64,000 bases of DNA from Podarcis liolepis (taxonomy: Eukaryota). The stretch lies in assembly GCA_965112155.1 (NCBI GenBank), contig OZ218103.1; one strand, 5' to 3'. The notes under the pieces were generated by a model. The model did not search any database. It was not told the origin of the DNA and was given only the letters and a program-made list of their open reading frames with translations. Made by a program: the position numbers and the translations under genes. Shown piece after piece: positions 11,409-22,329 of this stretch. Positions within the stretch are counted from its first letter, which is position 1. Every line of letters starts with the position of its first letter.

Positions 11409-11594
11409 TATATCCTTCCTCTTCCTGCCACTTTCTCCCTGAACTCTCCCTAGGCTGACTTTTCTGCCTCACCAGGATTCTTTTCAATCTTGGGACCAGC
11501 TAAAATCAAGCCAGCTACTGGGGAAGAGTTGTGAGTGGTTAAGCACTACCAACTGCTTTCCTCCTGCAAAGTCCCCATCTCTGCATTTGTATTA

Positions 11595-12110
11595 CCGTAT
11601 TTTTCGCCCTATAGGATGCACCGGCCCATAGGACGCACCTAGTTTTTTTTGGGGGGGAATAGAGGGGAAAAAATATATTCCCCCCCCCAGCCGCGGATAT
11701 CTGCCCGAAGCACGGGGCGCTCTGCTTCAGCGCACCTCGCGGTCCATGCAGCAGGCTGCGGATGTCTGCCCAAAGCACGGGGCGCTCTGCTTCAGCGCGC
11801 CCCGCGCAGCATGCTGCTATCCACAGCCTAGGGAGCCCTGCGGGAACTAGGCTCCCTAGGCTGCGGATGTCTGCCCGAAGCACGAGGCACTCTGCTTCGG
11901 CATGCCCCGTGCTCCGGGCAAGCAGCCTGGGGAGCCCTGCGGGAACTCCCCCAAGTCATAGGCTTGCTGATAGCTTCCTGAAGCCTGGAGAGCGAGAGGG
12001 GTCGGTGCACACACTTCAGCGAAAGCCTGCATTCACCCCATAGGACGCACACAGATTTCCCCTTCAATTTTGGAGGGGAAAAAGTGTGTCCTATAGGGCG
12101 AAAAATACGG
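11595..12110. mobile_element. Non-autonomous Tc1/mariner-superfamily MITE (Tc2-like ends), copy 1
   Basis: TIRs CCGTATTTTTCGCCCTATAGGA.../...TCCTATAGGGCGAAAAATACGG, TA on both sides, CpG-rich internal repeats. Confidence 0.88.
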
Positions 12111-12450
12111 TATTTAGTAACCTTGAGGCAGTGTGTCATTCTGGCCAAAGAAAGGGAGCAAACACTACTTTAAAAATAATAATCCAGCAATAAATAATCT
12201 TCACTGTGACATTTCACATCCAAGCACATATGTTGTTAGAGACACCAGCTTTTTCCACGGAATTTCATGATCCCAGTTTTCCACAGCCATATCATTGTGA
12301 TTATATGAGTTAGAAAGGAAACTATTGCCTTGCCCAAATATTCTGATGATACAGTTCACATGTCTTCATAACTCAATCAGGCAAAACAAGATTGTGTGTA
12401 TGTGGAGGGGGGGGGGAATAATCCAAAATACAATGGAGAGGAAATATATG

Positions 12451-12456
12451 TTTATT
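12451..12456 (-). terminator. Candidate TMEM217 polyadenylation signal
   Basis: TTTATT on + = AATAAA on -, ~315 nt past the TMEM217 stop. Confidence 0.5.
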
Positions 12457-12770
12457 AAGGACATCAGGTCAATCCAATAAGGTAATAAGAATTTAAAAAA
12501 AAACAAAACAAAAGTCAAACCACATGCAGCACCACTTAGAATGCATGAATTTATACACCAGATTTGCAACTCTGGCAAGACAAACCCATGTTTTGCGGCC
12601 CTGCTGAGTGTTTGACAATCCCTCTGTTCTTGCAGTTCCAGGTAGGCAACAATAACCAGAGGCTTTTAAAGCTCCCAGTGGCCAGCAATACAAGGTTGAT
12701 GAACTGTACTCATCTTGCTATGTCCCAAGCATTGCAAGCCTGCTAGTTTGCACAAATTACCTGACAACTC

Positions 12771-13343
12771 TTATTGAACTCTCCTAGCATTGATACCCAG
12801 CCTAAACTTGGGAGGCTCTGACACACGTCTTGATATCCGCCTTGTCTTCAGTGACATCCTCCCTGTGCTTCTGCCTTCAACAATCATCAGAAGATATGTT
12901 ATGATAAAGAGAAGCCAAAAGCAGTCGGTGGGGATTCTGGTGGCCAGTCCAAACCATTCCAAGTCACTTATTGAATAAAGAGCTGCCCTTGCTGTTAGAA
13001 CTACGAGGACAATGTTGGCTAGATCATAGAAGATGATCCAAACAATGTAGATAAACAATCCTACAGTGTCTCGCCTCTGGATGGATAAGAGGAAGTAGAA
13101 ACATATAGGATAAGTTATAACAGCCAAGCCAATTGCAGTGTAATAGTAATATGGGATGACCCACATCACTCCAATTGAATAATTTTCTTCCTGATGCAGT
13201 TGTATCAGAGCTAGGGAGCGATTTAGGTGGCCAGCCTCAAAGATCAGGTACATATTGGTTGTCAGAATCATGTAGACACCAGCTAGAAGAGATCCTGCTT
13301 TTGGAGCTACACCACAGATACCACCTGCAAACAGGATGATCAT
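12771..13343 (-). CDS. TMEM217: TMEM217-family four-TM membrane protein, single coding exon (190 aa)
   Basis: ICGVAPKAGSLLAGVYMILTTNMYLIFEAGHL resembles the TMEM217 N-terminus (MYLIFE); four hydrophobic stretches; syntenic between PIM1 and TBC1D22B; - strand acceptor tttcag| at 13365/13364, 21 nt before the ATG, with CTAAT branch-like site. Confidence 0.9.
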   Translation of the reverse strand: MIILFAGGICGVAPKAGSLLAGVYMILTTNMYLIFEAGHLNRSLALIQLHQEENYSIGVMWVIPYYYYTAIGLAVITYPICFYFLLSIQRRDTVGLFIYIVWIIFYDLANIVLVVLTARAALYSISDLEWFGLATRIPTDCFWLLFIITYLLMIVEGRSTGRMSLKTRRISRRVSEPPKFRLGINARRVQ

Positions 13344-14534
13344 CTTCTCACTTCCAAAAAACCCCTGAAAGGCAAGTAAAACTGAATTAGTAGTGCAGGA
13401 TATGGAAAATGTTTCCAGAATTCTCTGAGAAAGCTTAAAGATATGTTCAAACTAGAGATGAATACAAAACATCAGAGTAGGAGAGAATGCAAATATATTG
13501 ATGCACACCTAGGTTGCTTCCAGACTGTCCTGTCTTGTGGGCGGGATTCAGTTGTTTACCAGAAATACATGTTACACAATTTAAGTACATTATGCACTCT
13601 TTGTCAACAAATCCACTTACACACTCACCCCTTTTGCTGTAAGGAAAGTGATGGGAACATGTAGGATAACAGCAGTTGCTTAACACAATGTTGTATAACC
13701 TTCCAGCAAAGAAATCAGAATGAATGCGCAACAAACAGTGGATGATTTATATCTACCTCACAAAAATTGTGCAAACAAATCAGGATGAAGGCTCAGAAAG
13801 CAGGTCACATGAAGGTGACCTTGGATGCACAAGCAACAGCAACATATGAAATTGCATGTTTGCAGCATGACTTCAAGAATCCAAAAGAGTGCATAGATAT
13901 CTGCAGAGGCAGAACCATCCCACCAAGTGTTATGTAGCACCTCTAAAAATATCCAGGTATTGCTATGATAGCCTGCAACTCAGAAATAAGTTTGGCCTGG
14001 AGAGGTCTTCCTTACAGAAAGTCAGGCTCACATATTCCAGACCAGCCCAGTTGTAACAGCGCCTCTAAAATGTATTGTTTCTTTTCAGTGTAAATCTCTG
14101 CCATTCTTTCCTTATCATTTGTAAATCAGAAGTAAGTAAAAGACCAAATCAAACTAAGGTATTGGCACCCAGCTATCAAACCTCCCACTCTCTCCTTAAA
14201 TTAGGAAGCAATAAATTTCAATAGTCTGAGGCTTTTGCTTGAAAAGTCCAAAAGATATGTCAAGCTCCATCTCACCAGAGCAGAGGAATAAGATGCATTT
14301 CTTGAAATCATTTTGCAAACTTTTTTAAAACAAGCTCTTCCTGGCTGACGTAATTTCTTATTTTTAACACCCATTCACAGTGTTAGAAATTGAGATATGA
14401 AAGCTAGGAGCTAAATGGTACCTTAAACCTAGATTATGGGCACAACAATAGAATGTCTAGGTGCACTTTTTTATAACAAGAATACAAAGCCGAAAATGAA
14501 TGAACAGCAGCTAAAATATTATGCTCATTTTTCA

Positions 14535-16100
14535 TGTGGTCTAGTCCTTCCCCTGCCCACCCGCCCCCTAATATTCTTAAGAGCGTCTCTTCTCCAGTCT
14601 TCAGAGAGTAGCTAGAAGTGGGGAGGCAGAAAAAGGTCGTCCTTTCCTTCTTCTCTGAAGTTTTAATCTGAAATCTCAAACAAAAACTGCACCCAGAGCT
14701 CAGAAACTGATCACACTAATGAAATTCACTGTTGCAAAATGGTAAAATGGCCTAGAACAATGGGAGTTTCAAACACTGCCCATTCACTATCAGAAAAAGA
14801 GAATTTGTTTCTATGCTAATTTTTGAGACTAACTCAGGCATAACTGGTGATGCTTTTCACTTTACTAGCTAGGAATCCTTCGGGTACTAAAGGGATCTCA
14901 CCTCATTGTCAAGGAATTTTCTGATGGATTCCCCCAACCCACCCACTTTTCCTTCCCCCTATCCCCTTTGTTGCTGAAAGGTACTCTTGCTTTCAACACA
15001 CTGAACCTCAGGCTCACAAAATTAGGAAAGGCGTTAAACTTTAGAAAGAAAACCCATCAGCTGTCCAACACCTCCCTCCCCTTCTACCTTACACTTTGAA
15101 AACCAATCAGATTCCTCTTTCTTGGGGATACCAGTCTCTCATTTTCCCCTTTGTCACGCTAATTTCTTCCTCCCTAATTTTCTCACCCCAAAAGCTCAGA
15201 TCTCCCTATGCTCAGTAATCTTAGCCACTGTCCCAAAGCCTTCCATTTTTCTTCTGATTTTCACCTAAAACTCCCCCAAAGCCCTTCCCAATCATTCCTC
15301 TGACCCCCCTTCTCTCCTGCAAAGAAACAGCTCAAGCCAGCTCCCACCCCCACATTCTAGTACAACCTTAACCTCTTCAGCCAACAACCCCCCCCAACTC
15401 TCTTTCCCTGACCACATCATAGTTTTCCTATGTGCTCCTAGGAATACTTCTAAGAATAACTCTTGCATGGTTTTAACTTTCCCAAGCCTCATTCTATTCT
15501 TGGTGTGCTGTTTATTGATTTTGTTTAATATGTTTAGTAAATGTGCTGATTCCTTTCTGAGGCAATCAGCTAATTCCCTTTTGATATAATAAAACTGACT
15601 TTTGATTTATCTCTGTTGCCTGTATTAACTCCTGTGCTACCAAACTCTGGAGTATATCCAGGTCACAATCTCAAAAGATTCCTGGAAGTGTAAGGTTTAA
15701 TTTTCCTGTTTCTTCTGTGTGATTTTTAATTCTCTTCTCTATTTCTGTAAATCTAGGTTCTAATGGTTTTACTGAATTTGACAGACTTACTGTTTTATTG
15801 ATAATCTCCTTGTCTCTTTCCTTCAATGAATTTGTTACAAAGTATTCTACAGCAATCCATTTTCCTCTATAGTTTTTAAAATAGTTTTGTGCTTTTTAAA
15901 ATAATCACCTTCAAATTCTTTAGTAAAAAAATGTTTTAATTGTTCTAGTACTGAGCATGCCACCTTCTCTATTTTAAAATCTGTTTTACCCATTTTGAAA
16001 GCCTGTATTTCCCCCAGTCTTAAAATGTGCTTCCATCTCATTTGTACATTTTCTGCTTGCTTTTCCAGCACAATTGATTATAATATCCAGAAAAGTAACT
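14535..16100 (-). mobile_element. Probable LTR-retroelement remnant: ~850-bp LTR (14535-15386), polypurine tract, decayed 3' internal region
   Basis: TG...CA ends (TGTGG / CCAACA), adjacent - strand purine tract 15387-15410, ATTAAA at ~14661-14666 on -, strong strand asymmetry, stop-interrupted Lys/Glu-rich frames. Confidence 0.4.
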
Positions 16101-17779
16101 AATGCAAGCTTGCTGATATCATTTAGTTATCAGCAAAGAATGTTGAACCCAATAAAAGTTAGAAAGGGAGAAGAAAAAAGGTAAGGGGGGGGGAGAAATC
16201 ACTAAGAAATTCATTAGTCAAATAGGAATTAATTATTAATTATTTAAGCAATTTCATTACTATAGTGTTCTTGACAGACTGAAATCTTACTGTTTCTAAG
16301 AAGAAGTTCTAGCAGAAAAATAAAAAGGGGACAAGCACAAGGAATACAGCTGAAGAAATGAAAAGGTGCCAGACACTGTGATAGGTTTCTATTGACCTCT
16401 GGTGGTGACTGATGCTCTCTTTAGTTCAATTCATTGAACCTTATTTTCTAAATGGTTGGTTATGTGTTACTGCCTCAGTGCTATTATTATTATTATTAGT
16501 CCTTAAAAATAGTGTTGCAGTTGCACAGAACAGCTATCAATCACTCAGTGGTGCAGCTAGGACTGTGTCTCAAGGCTGAGGTTCAGTGCCCTGCAGTCCG
16601 GCCCAGCCCCACTGTGCCCAGTGGCAGATTGCTAGTGTGGTGACAGACAGGCCTTGTATAATCATCCTTTATTTTTCATTTTTAAAAGGACATTTTATGG
16701 CCACAGGATAGGCCGGTGGCCATGTACATGTTTTGAGGTTAATGGGAGATACAGTTCAAAACATTTGAATGGCTTGTGGTTGCAAAGCATAGAATAGCAG
16801 CATTGATGGGGAAGAAGATAAATGCTAAAAATGTGTTTCCCAATTGAAGTAATACACATGACTGAATTGTGGCAATGTGGTCACCACTTCCCTCTCTGAC
16901 AAGCAGTAGAAGTGCACTGGATGAAGAGCACAAGGGAGCAGCCTTGGTATGTTCTGTACTTGCTCTGTACTTGCACTTGTATTGATGTTAACTGCTGCCA
17001 AAGGTAAATCATACTGCACATTTCTTCTCACCATTTTGAATCTGTTCACTTGATCTCTTGTGACCCCAGTTGTTTATCTCTTCCAAGGATTACTGCTGCA
17101 TCAGAAAACAATGCCACTTATAGCAAGCTTCCTGTGAAGAAACATTAGAGGAGTAATACACTTGGAATATCCGTATGCTGATACCTTATCTGTCCCAGTG
17201 GATAGATAGCTGCCTCCCCCCTCAAGTAAATAAATACAAATACTTAACTAAAAATAGAAATTGTAGAAAGATTTTGACAGATTTTTTGGAGCACTTGGGG
17301 GCAAAAGGAAGTAATTTAAAACAACTTATCGTTGTGACATTTCATTCCGAATCTGCTAGACAGAGCCAGGCAGATGACAGGTGGATGTTCTGCCACACGC
17401 CAACATAAATCCTGACTGTGCCCACAACATTAAAGGAACGAACATGCCAAAGTTAAATAAGTTCTTGCATTCTCTCTCTCTCTATTGAATAAGCCGGACT
17501 CATTTTGATCTGATGGGTGTTCTGTTCGCACCAATGTGCAGTTTAAAATCTATCCTTGTGAAGAACAGCATACCTACATTAAAAGGGAGGGCAATCTGAG
17601 GGCTTCTGAGGAGTTTCAGGTAGGAGCTGAAGGTGACTTTGCTGAAGAAAGCACATAAAAGTAGCGCCTCTGCAAAAATTGTCCTCTTTTTAATGGAAGA
17701 TTCGAACCATCAGTCTCCCAATAATTAATGAATTTTTTAAAAAGTCTGCCTAGATATGAAAGTGTTGTTTATTATTTTC

Positions 17780-18960
17780 CTCCCTGAGAGAGGGGGCAGC
17801 CCCCAGCCTGCCTTGGTTTCCCTCACTGGCTTTCCGCTCCCGCTTCTCCGCGAGGACGGCCACTTTTGACAGTTAAACCGCCTCCCGCTTCGACCAAACT
17901 GCACGTGGCTCCCCCCGCCCCCTCGCCGCAGCCTTCCTCCTCCCCCGCCCCCTCCTCTGTGCATCACTAGGTGAATCGCCCCGCCTCTCGCGCGTTGCGC
18001 GCGGCTCCTGGTCCCGCCCTCCCTTCGGCGGCGCCCCCCCACCTCGCTTATGCTTCACGTTGCTTTAGGAATCTGACTCAGGATTGGCCAGCTAGGGGGA
18101 CTCTGGCTCAGGCAACCAATGGCTGGGCTGCGCCCGCCCGACTCCAAGATGTCGGCGCTGAGGCCTGGCAACGGGGCTCCCGGAGGGAGGCGGTGAAGCG
18201 GCCTCGGCCGGAGGCTTTGGGCCCCACCGCTCCGGCTCGTCCCCTCCCTCCCGGAGCCGGCGGGGTGCTCCGCCTTCTGCCCCCCCCCAGCCATGGCCGC
18301 GGAAAGCAGCAAGCAGTTCTGGAAGCGGAGCGCGAAGCTGCCGGGCAGGTGAGCGGCCGCATGAGGCTCGGTCTCCGGGGTGGGCGCCCACCAAGCAGCC
18401 GTGCCCCGGGAAGGCGGGAGCCGGTTGGCGGCGCCGGTTCCAGCGGGTGCTTCCCCGCCGCCATTCATCGCAGGGAGTTGCTTCGTGGGGGCTCGCGGCT
18501 CTCGTCTTGAAGCCGGTTAGCAGCCTCCCCGCATCTAGAGGGAGCAGGGCAATTGGGAAGAGGACCTCTGTGGGTCCCCCGATGCCCGTGAGGTGAAGCT
18601 CGGGATTGCGGTCGCGCCACGATTGCTCTCCGCTGCAGCGCCGGCTGGCCCGGTTAGTCAGCAGCAGCTGCAGTCAGAAGCCCATCGCCAGTCGGAGAGG
18701 CGAGGCTGGCGATCGCGGGGCAAATGGGCTTTGCTAGGCTCCCATCTTCCTAAACCCGCCGTGGGGAACGACGAGACTCGCCGGTGCCTCCGTCCTCCCT
18801 TGTCCCGGGGCCGTTTGTATTTCGGAGCCAGCCAGGTTGCTCAGCGGACAGGTGCATTGGGTTGCTACTTTGCCCAGGAGCAGAAGTCACTTCCTCATTT
18901 GCATAGGTTAATCGGCGTGGGTCCGTATGGGCTTCCTTATCGTGCTGGCGCTTAAACGCT
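17780..18960. promoter_or_regulatory. CpG island, likely bidirectional promoter for TBC1D22B (+) and TMEM217 (-)
   Basis: CpG-rich; CACGTG 17902-17907, TGACTCA 18074-18080, ATTGG 18083-18087, CCAAT 18116-18120, YY1-like CAAGATGTCGGCG 18145-18157. Confidence 0.8.
18293..18348 (+). CDS. TBC1D22B: TBC1D22B coding exon 1
   Basis: Kozak GCCATGG; MAAESSKQFWKRSAKLPG; donor |gtgagc; 56 nt. Confidence 0.95.
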
Positions 18961-19523
18961 CTGATAGGAGTGAACTTCTAAACCGGGTGGCGAAGAGAAT
19001 CAACCAGGCTTTAAAAAGCAAACACCAACTAATTACGCCTATTGCAACTCGGCAACTGAGAATCTTTGCTTTGTTATACCAAGAAAACTCTCTGGAGAAC
19101 TTCAGGACACACAAGGCTGGCTTTCTAAATATGAAAGCAGAAGTCCTACTTCATATTCCGGAGACGATTTCTCCTTAATGTGCCCACCCCCAAAGCTGGT
19201 GAACAGGGAGTTTGCAGTGCTTAAATTACAAAGGGGTGATGTGGAGCGTGGTGGGATACTTCCCATATTTATTGCTTTTAGCATTGTTTGGGGATGTGTG
19301 TGATTTGCCTAAAATGGATGAAGTTAGAGGTAAGGTGTGTGGATTTTATAAAAGCCCCCCCCCCCCAATTTCTTCCATAGTTTAAACCATGGTGGTGTGT
19401 GCATCCTTTTGATAAGTTATAGCCATCACTGATAGACTTATCTCCAGTATCCGAGGGACCATGCGTCATATTCTACTTGTTTTGGAAGACAAATGCTAGA
19501 GTATCTTTGCCCTCTTGTCCTGT

Positions 19524-19775
19524 GAGAGCCAGTGTGGTGTAGTGGTTAAGAGTGATAGACTCGTAATCTGGGGAACCAGGTTCGTGTCTCCACTCCTCCA
19601 CATGCAGCTGCTGGGTGACCTTGAGCCAGTCACACTTCTTTGAAGTCTCTCAGCCCTACTCACCTCACAGAGTGTTTGTTGTGGGGGAGGAAGGGAAAGG
19701 AGAATGTTAGCCTCTTTGAGACTCCTTAGGGTAGTGATAAAGGGGGATATCAAATCCAAACTCCTCCTCTTCTTC
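19524..19775 (+). mobile_element. tRNA-derived SINE (Squam3-like)
   Basis: GAGAGCCAGTGTGGTGTAGTGG A-box, GGTTCG B-box-like site, CTT/CCT tail. Confidence 0.8.
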
Positions 19776-21746
19776 CTTGGGCTTCCCATAGGCATCTGAT
19801 TGGCCACCAGGAACAGAATGCAGGACTAGATAGGTCTGACCCTGAAAGGCTCATATGTTTCTCTTCAGCACCGCTCCAATCACTTTATTATTTGGAAACA
19901 TGGCTGCTGGGGAAACTGTTGTTGGCGGAGGGTTCTGGCTATTGTTGGACAGGGCCAAGCTGGGATGATCTGCTATCAGCCTTGAAGAGAGATTTCACAT
20001 CCCACCCATGTGCAAACTCTTATACTTTTAACACTAATTATATTGGAATACATTCTTTCTCTATATACTTAGTGTTCAATTCTGATTAGGTTTCCTTCCT
20101 CACTCATTAAGAAGGCACTTGAAAGTTTGAGGAAACTCTGAACAATTGTTTGACCACTCTGAATGAGATTGAGCGATAACTCTCCTCTTTTGATGATTCA
20201 GGAGCATGTGCCCCTGAAGAAAGTGAGGTAAGACCTAAGAGGTGATCTTGGCCTCAGGTTTGGGATAAAGGGTTTATAATTCATGAGGCTATTGCATTAG
20301 ACTTCAAGCTTTCTAGAATACCAAGGTTCACAACCAGAGTTAAGTGCAAAAGTTATACACTTGGGATTAAATAACTCTGAGCTGAGGAATTTGTTTGGAA
20401 TACCATCCTTCCGCACAAAAATCCACTTGTGGTTACCTCCCACCCCGCCCTTCAGCAGTGCAATGCAGAATCATTTTGCTGTTCCCATTGTTAAACAATT
20501 GGGAGTCATAAATCCTTGCTGATCTACTTCAGATCTCTCAGTAGATCCTAATTTATCTTCTGCTCACCCCTGTGTTATATTGTTCACATGCTCTCTAACC
20601 TCATACTGACCCTGCTGTCCCAAGCCAGTTCACCACCGCGAGGCCTCTGGAATGCTTAGCTGGCTTTAAATCCTGCCAGGCTAGTTAATTCTCTGTTTCT
20701 CCCTCTAATGTCATCCATCTCTCCGCCTGTCAAACTCTACCAACTTTCTGGGGTAGTTTGGATGTGTGGGAAAAGTACAGCTAAAGGTCTTATAATACGT
20801 ACTTGGGAAAAAAAGAAATAACAAACATTATTTCTGCAAGTGTGCTGGTGCCTCACTATCTTAGCTTTCTTATCTCATTGCCACATCCTGCTTGCTCACT
20901 TGTGTGTTTCTGCCTTTCTAAATCAAGATGTTGTTTCCATCTATAGCTAATTTAAACAGTGAAGTTGACTAAACCAGGTAAACCGGTTTTGGGAAAAGAA
21001 ATGATCCAACTTGAACTTCAGCCCAACCAATGAACTTAAGCTTTATTCACTGATGTGTACGTTGCCTGCCAGTCAGTAGGCTGCTGTGATAGCTCAGGCC
21101 AATGGAAGGGGGAGGTGTGTGCACATGCTCTTTTATTTAAATAGTCTGTAGCCTATGTCTTGCCCTCTACCAATTTCTCTGTTCTGAAGCACATGTAGCT
21201 AGAAGATGAGTGAAATGAGGGCTAACTCCTGGGGGCCCCTCCACATAACTTTCCCCCCAGCTCAGTTGTCTGAATTGTTTGTTAGGAGTACAGTTTTCCT
21301 AACCTGTGCAAGTAAAGTTGTCCTTGTGACCAATAGCCCTTACTACCCGTTCTTCACCCCATGTGCTGTATAATCCATGCTGAGAAGAACAAGCACTAAG
21401 CTTGTATGTAGTCATGTGGCTTGGCCTCTGTTAAGTCTGCAAAGAATGATGGAGATATTTTGAGTGGGGCCAGAGGGCAGAGGAAACTCTCAAAGAGCTG
21501 CTTATCGAAATGGGAAATCTTTCTCATGTGTGTTCTTTGGACTGGCCAAAGGGGATGCCAAGAAAAGAATTAGGAGGGTGGGTTGTCAACATTGTTTTTG
21601 CTTTTCTAGGTAGCAGATTGTGTTTGTTCCTGTGGTTTTGATACCTGGGAGTTATTGACGTTGCTTGTATGTGGCCCATGATACATTCACTGCTGAGGCT
21701 AGAATACTTGCTCACAAATCACTTGAGTCTCTTGTTTCCCCTTCAG

Positions 21747-21803
21747 CATTCAACCTGTCTATGGAGCTCAGCATCCTCCACTGGATCCCCGGCTTACTAA
21801 AAA
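21747..21803 (+). CDS. TBC1D22B: TBC1D22B coding exon 2
   Basis: acceptor cttcag|; IQPVYGAQHPPLDPRLTK; donor |gtgagt; 57 nt. Confidence 0.95.
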
Positions 21804-22109
21804 GTGAGTAGCTTCCCTGGTTCTCAGACCTTTAGCACTCATCACCACATGGTGCTGCTTTGCCCTGGGAAGAAGTCCGTTTCGTTCGTCCAGCTATTTT
21901 GCTCTCTCCTATGGATTACCAGCCTCCAAGGCCTCGGTTTAGTTGGTGATCACAGGAGCTATTGCAAAAGGAGAAAAGTGGGATGGAGAGAAAGGGAGCA
22001 GCACCAAAAATGCTGAAAGTGAAATTTAATGGCTTAACATACACTGCTGTGTTGTTGGAATTTTACTAAGGTTTACTTACAGTAGACCCACTGAAATTAA
22101 CAGACTTAG

Positions 22110-22329
22110 TCAGGGGAATGATGGCACCTTGTACACCTCCTTCCAGCCAAGCTGGTGTCAAACGTATTGCTTTGTGGAGTCTTGTCATCTGGGCAGCCCA
22201 GGATCTCCATACACACTGTCCAGGCTTGCACCCCAGGGAGGTCACTTAGGTGCTGCAAATGCAACGGTTTGACATCACCCATGGAGGTGCACTCCATTGT
22301 CTCTCGAGACAGACAGATGCCAACAACAA
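22110..22329 (+). mobile_element. Retroposon fragment with RTE-like 3' end
   Basis: ends CCATTGTCTCTCGAGACAGACAGATGCCAACAACAA; flanked by partly complementary MITE-like halves. Confidence 0.4.

Noticed and set aside
17737-18955. Multiple 60-180 aa ORFs over the TBC1D22B promoter
   Set aside because: GC-rich CpG-island artefacts.
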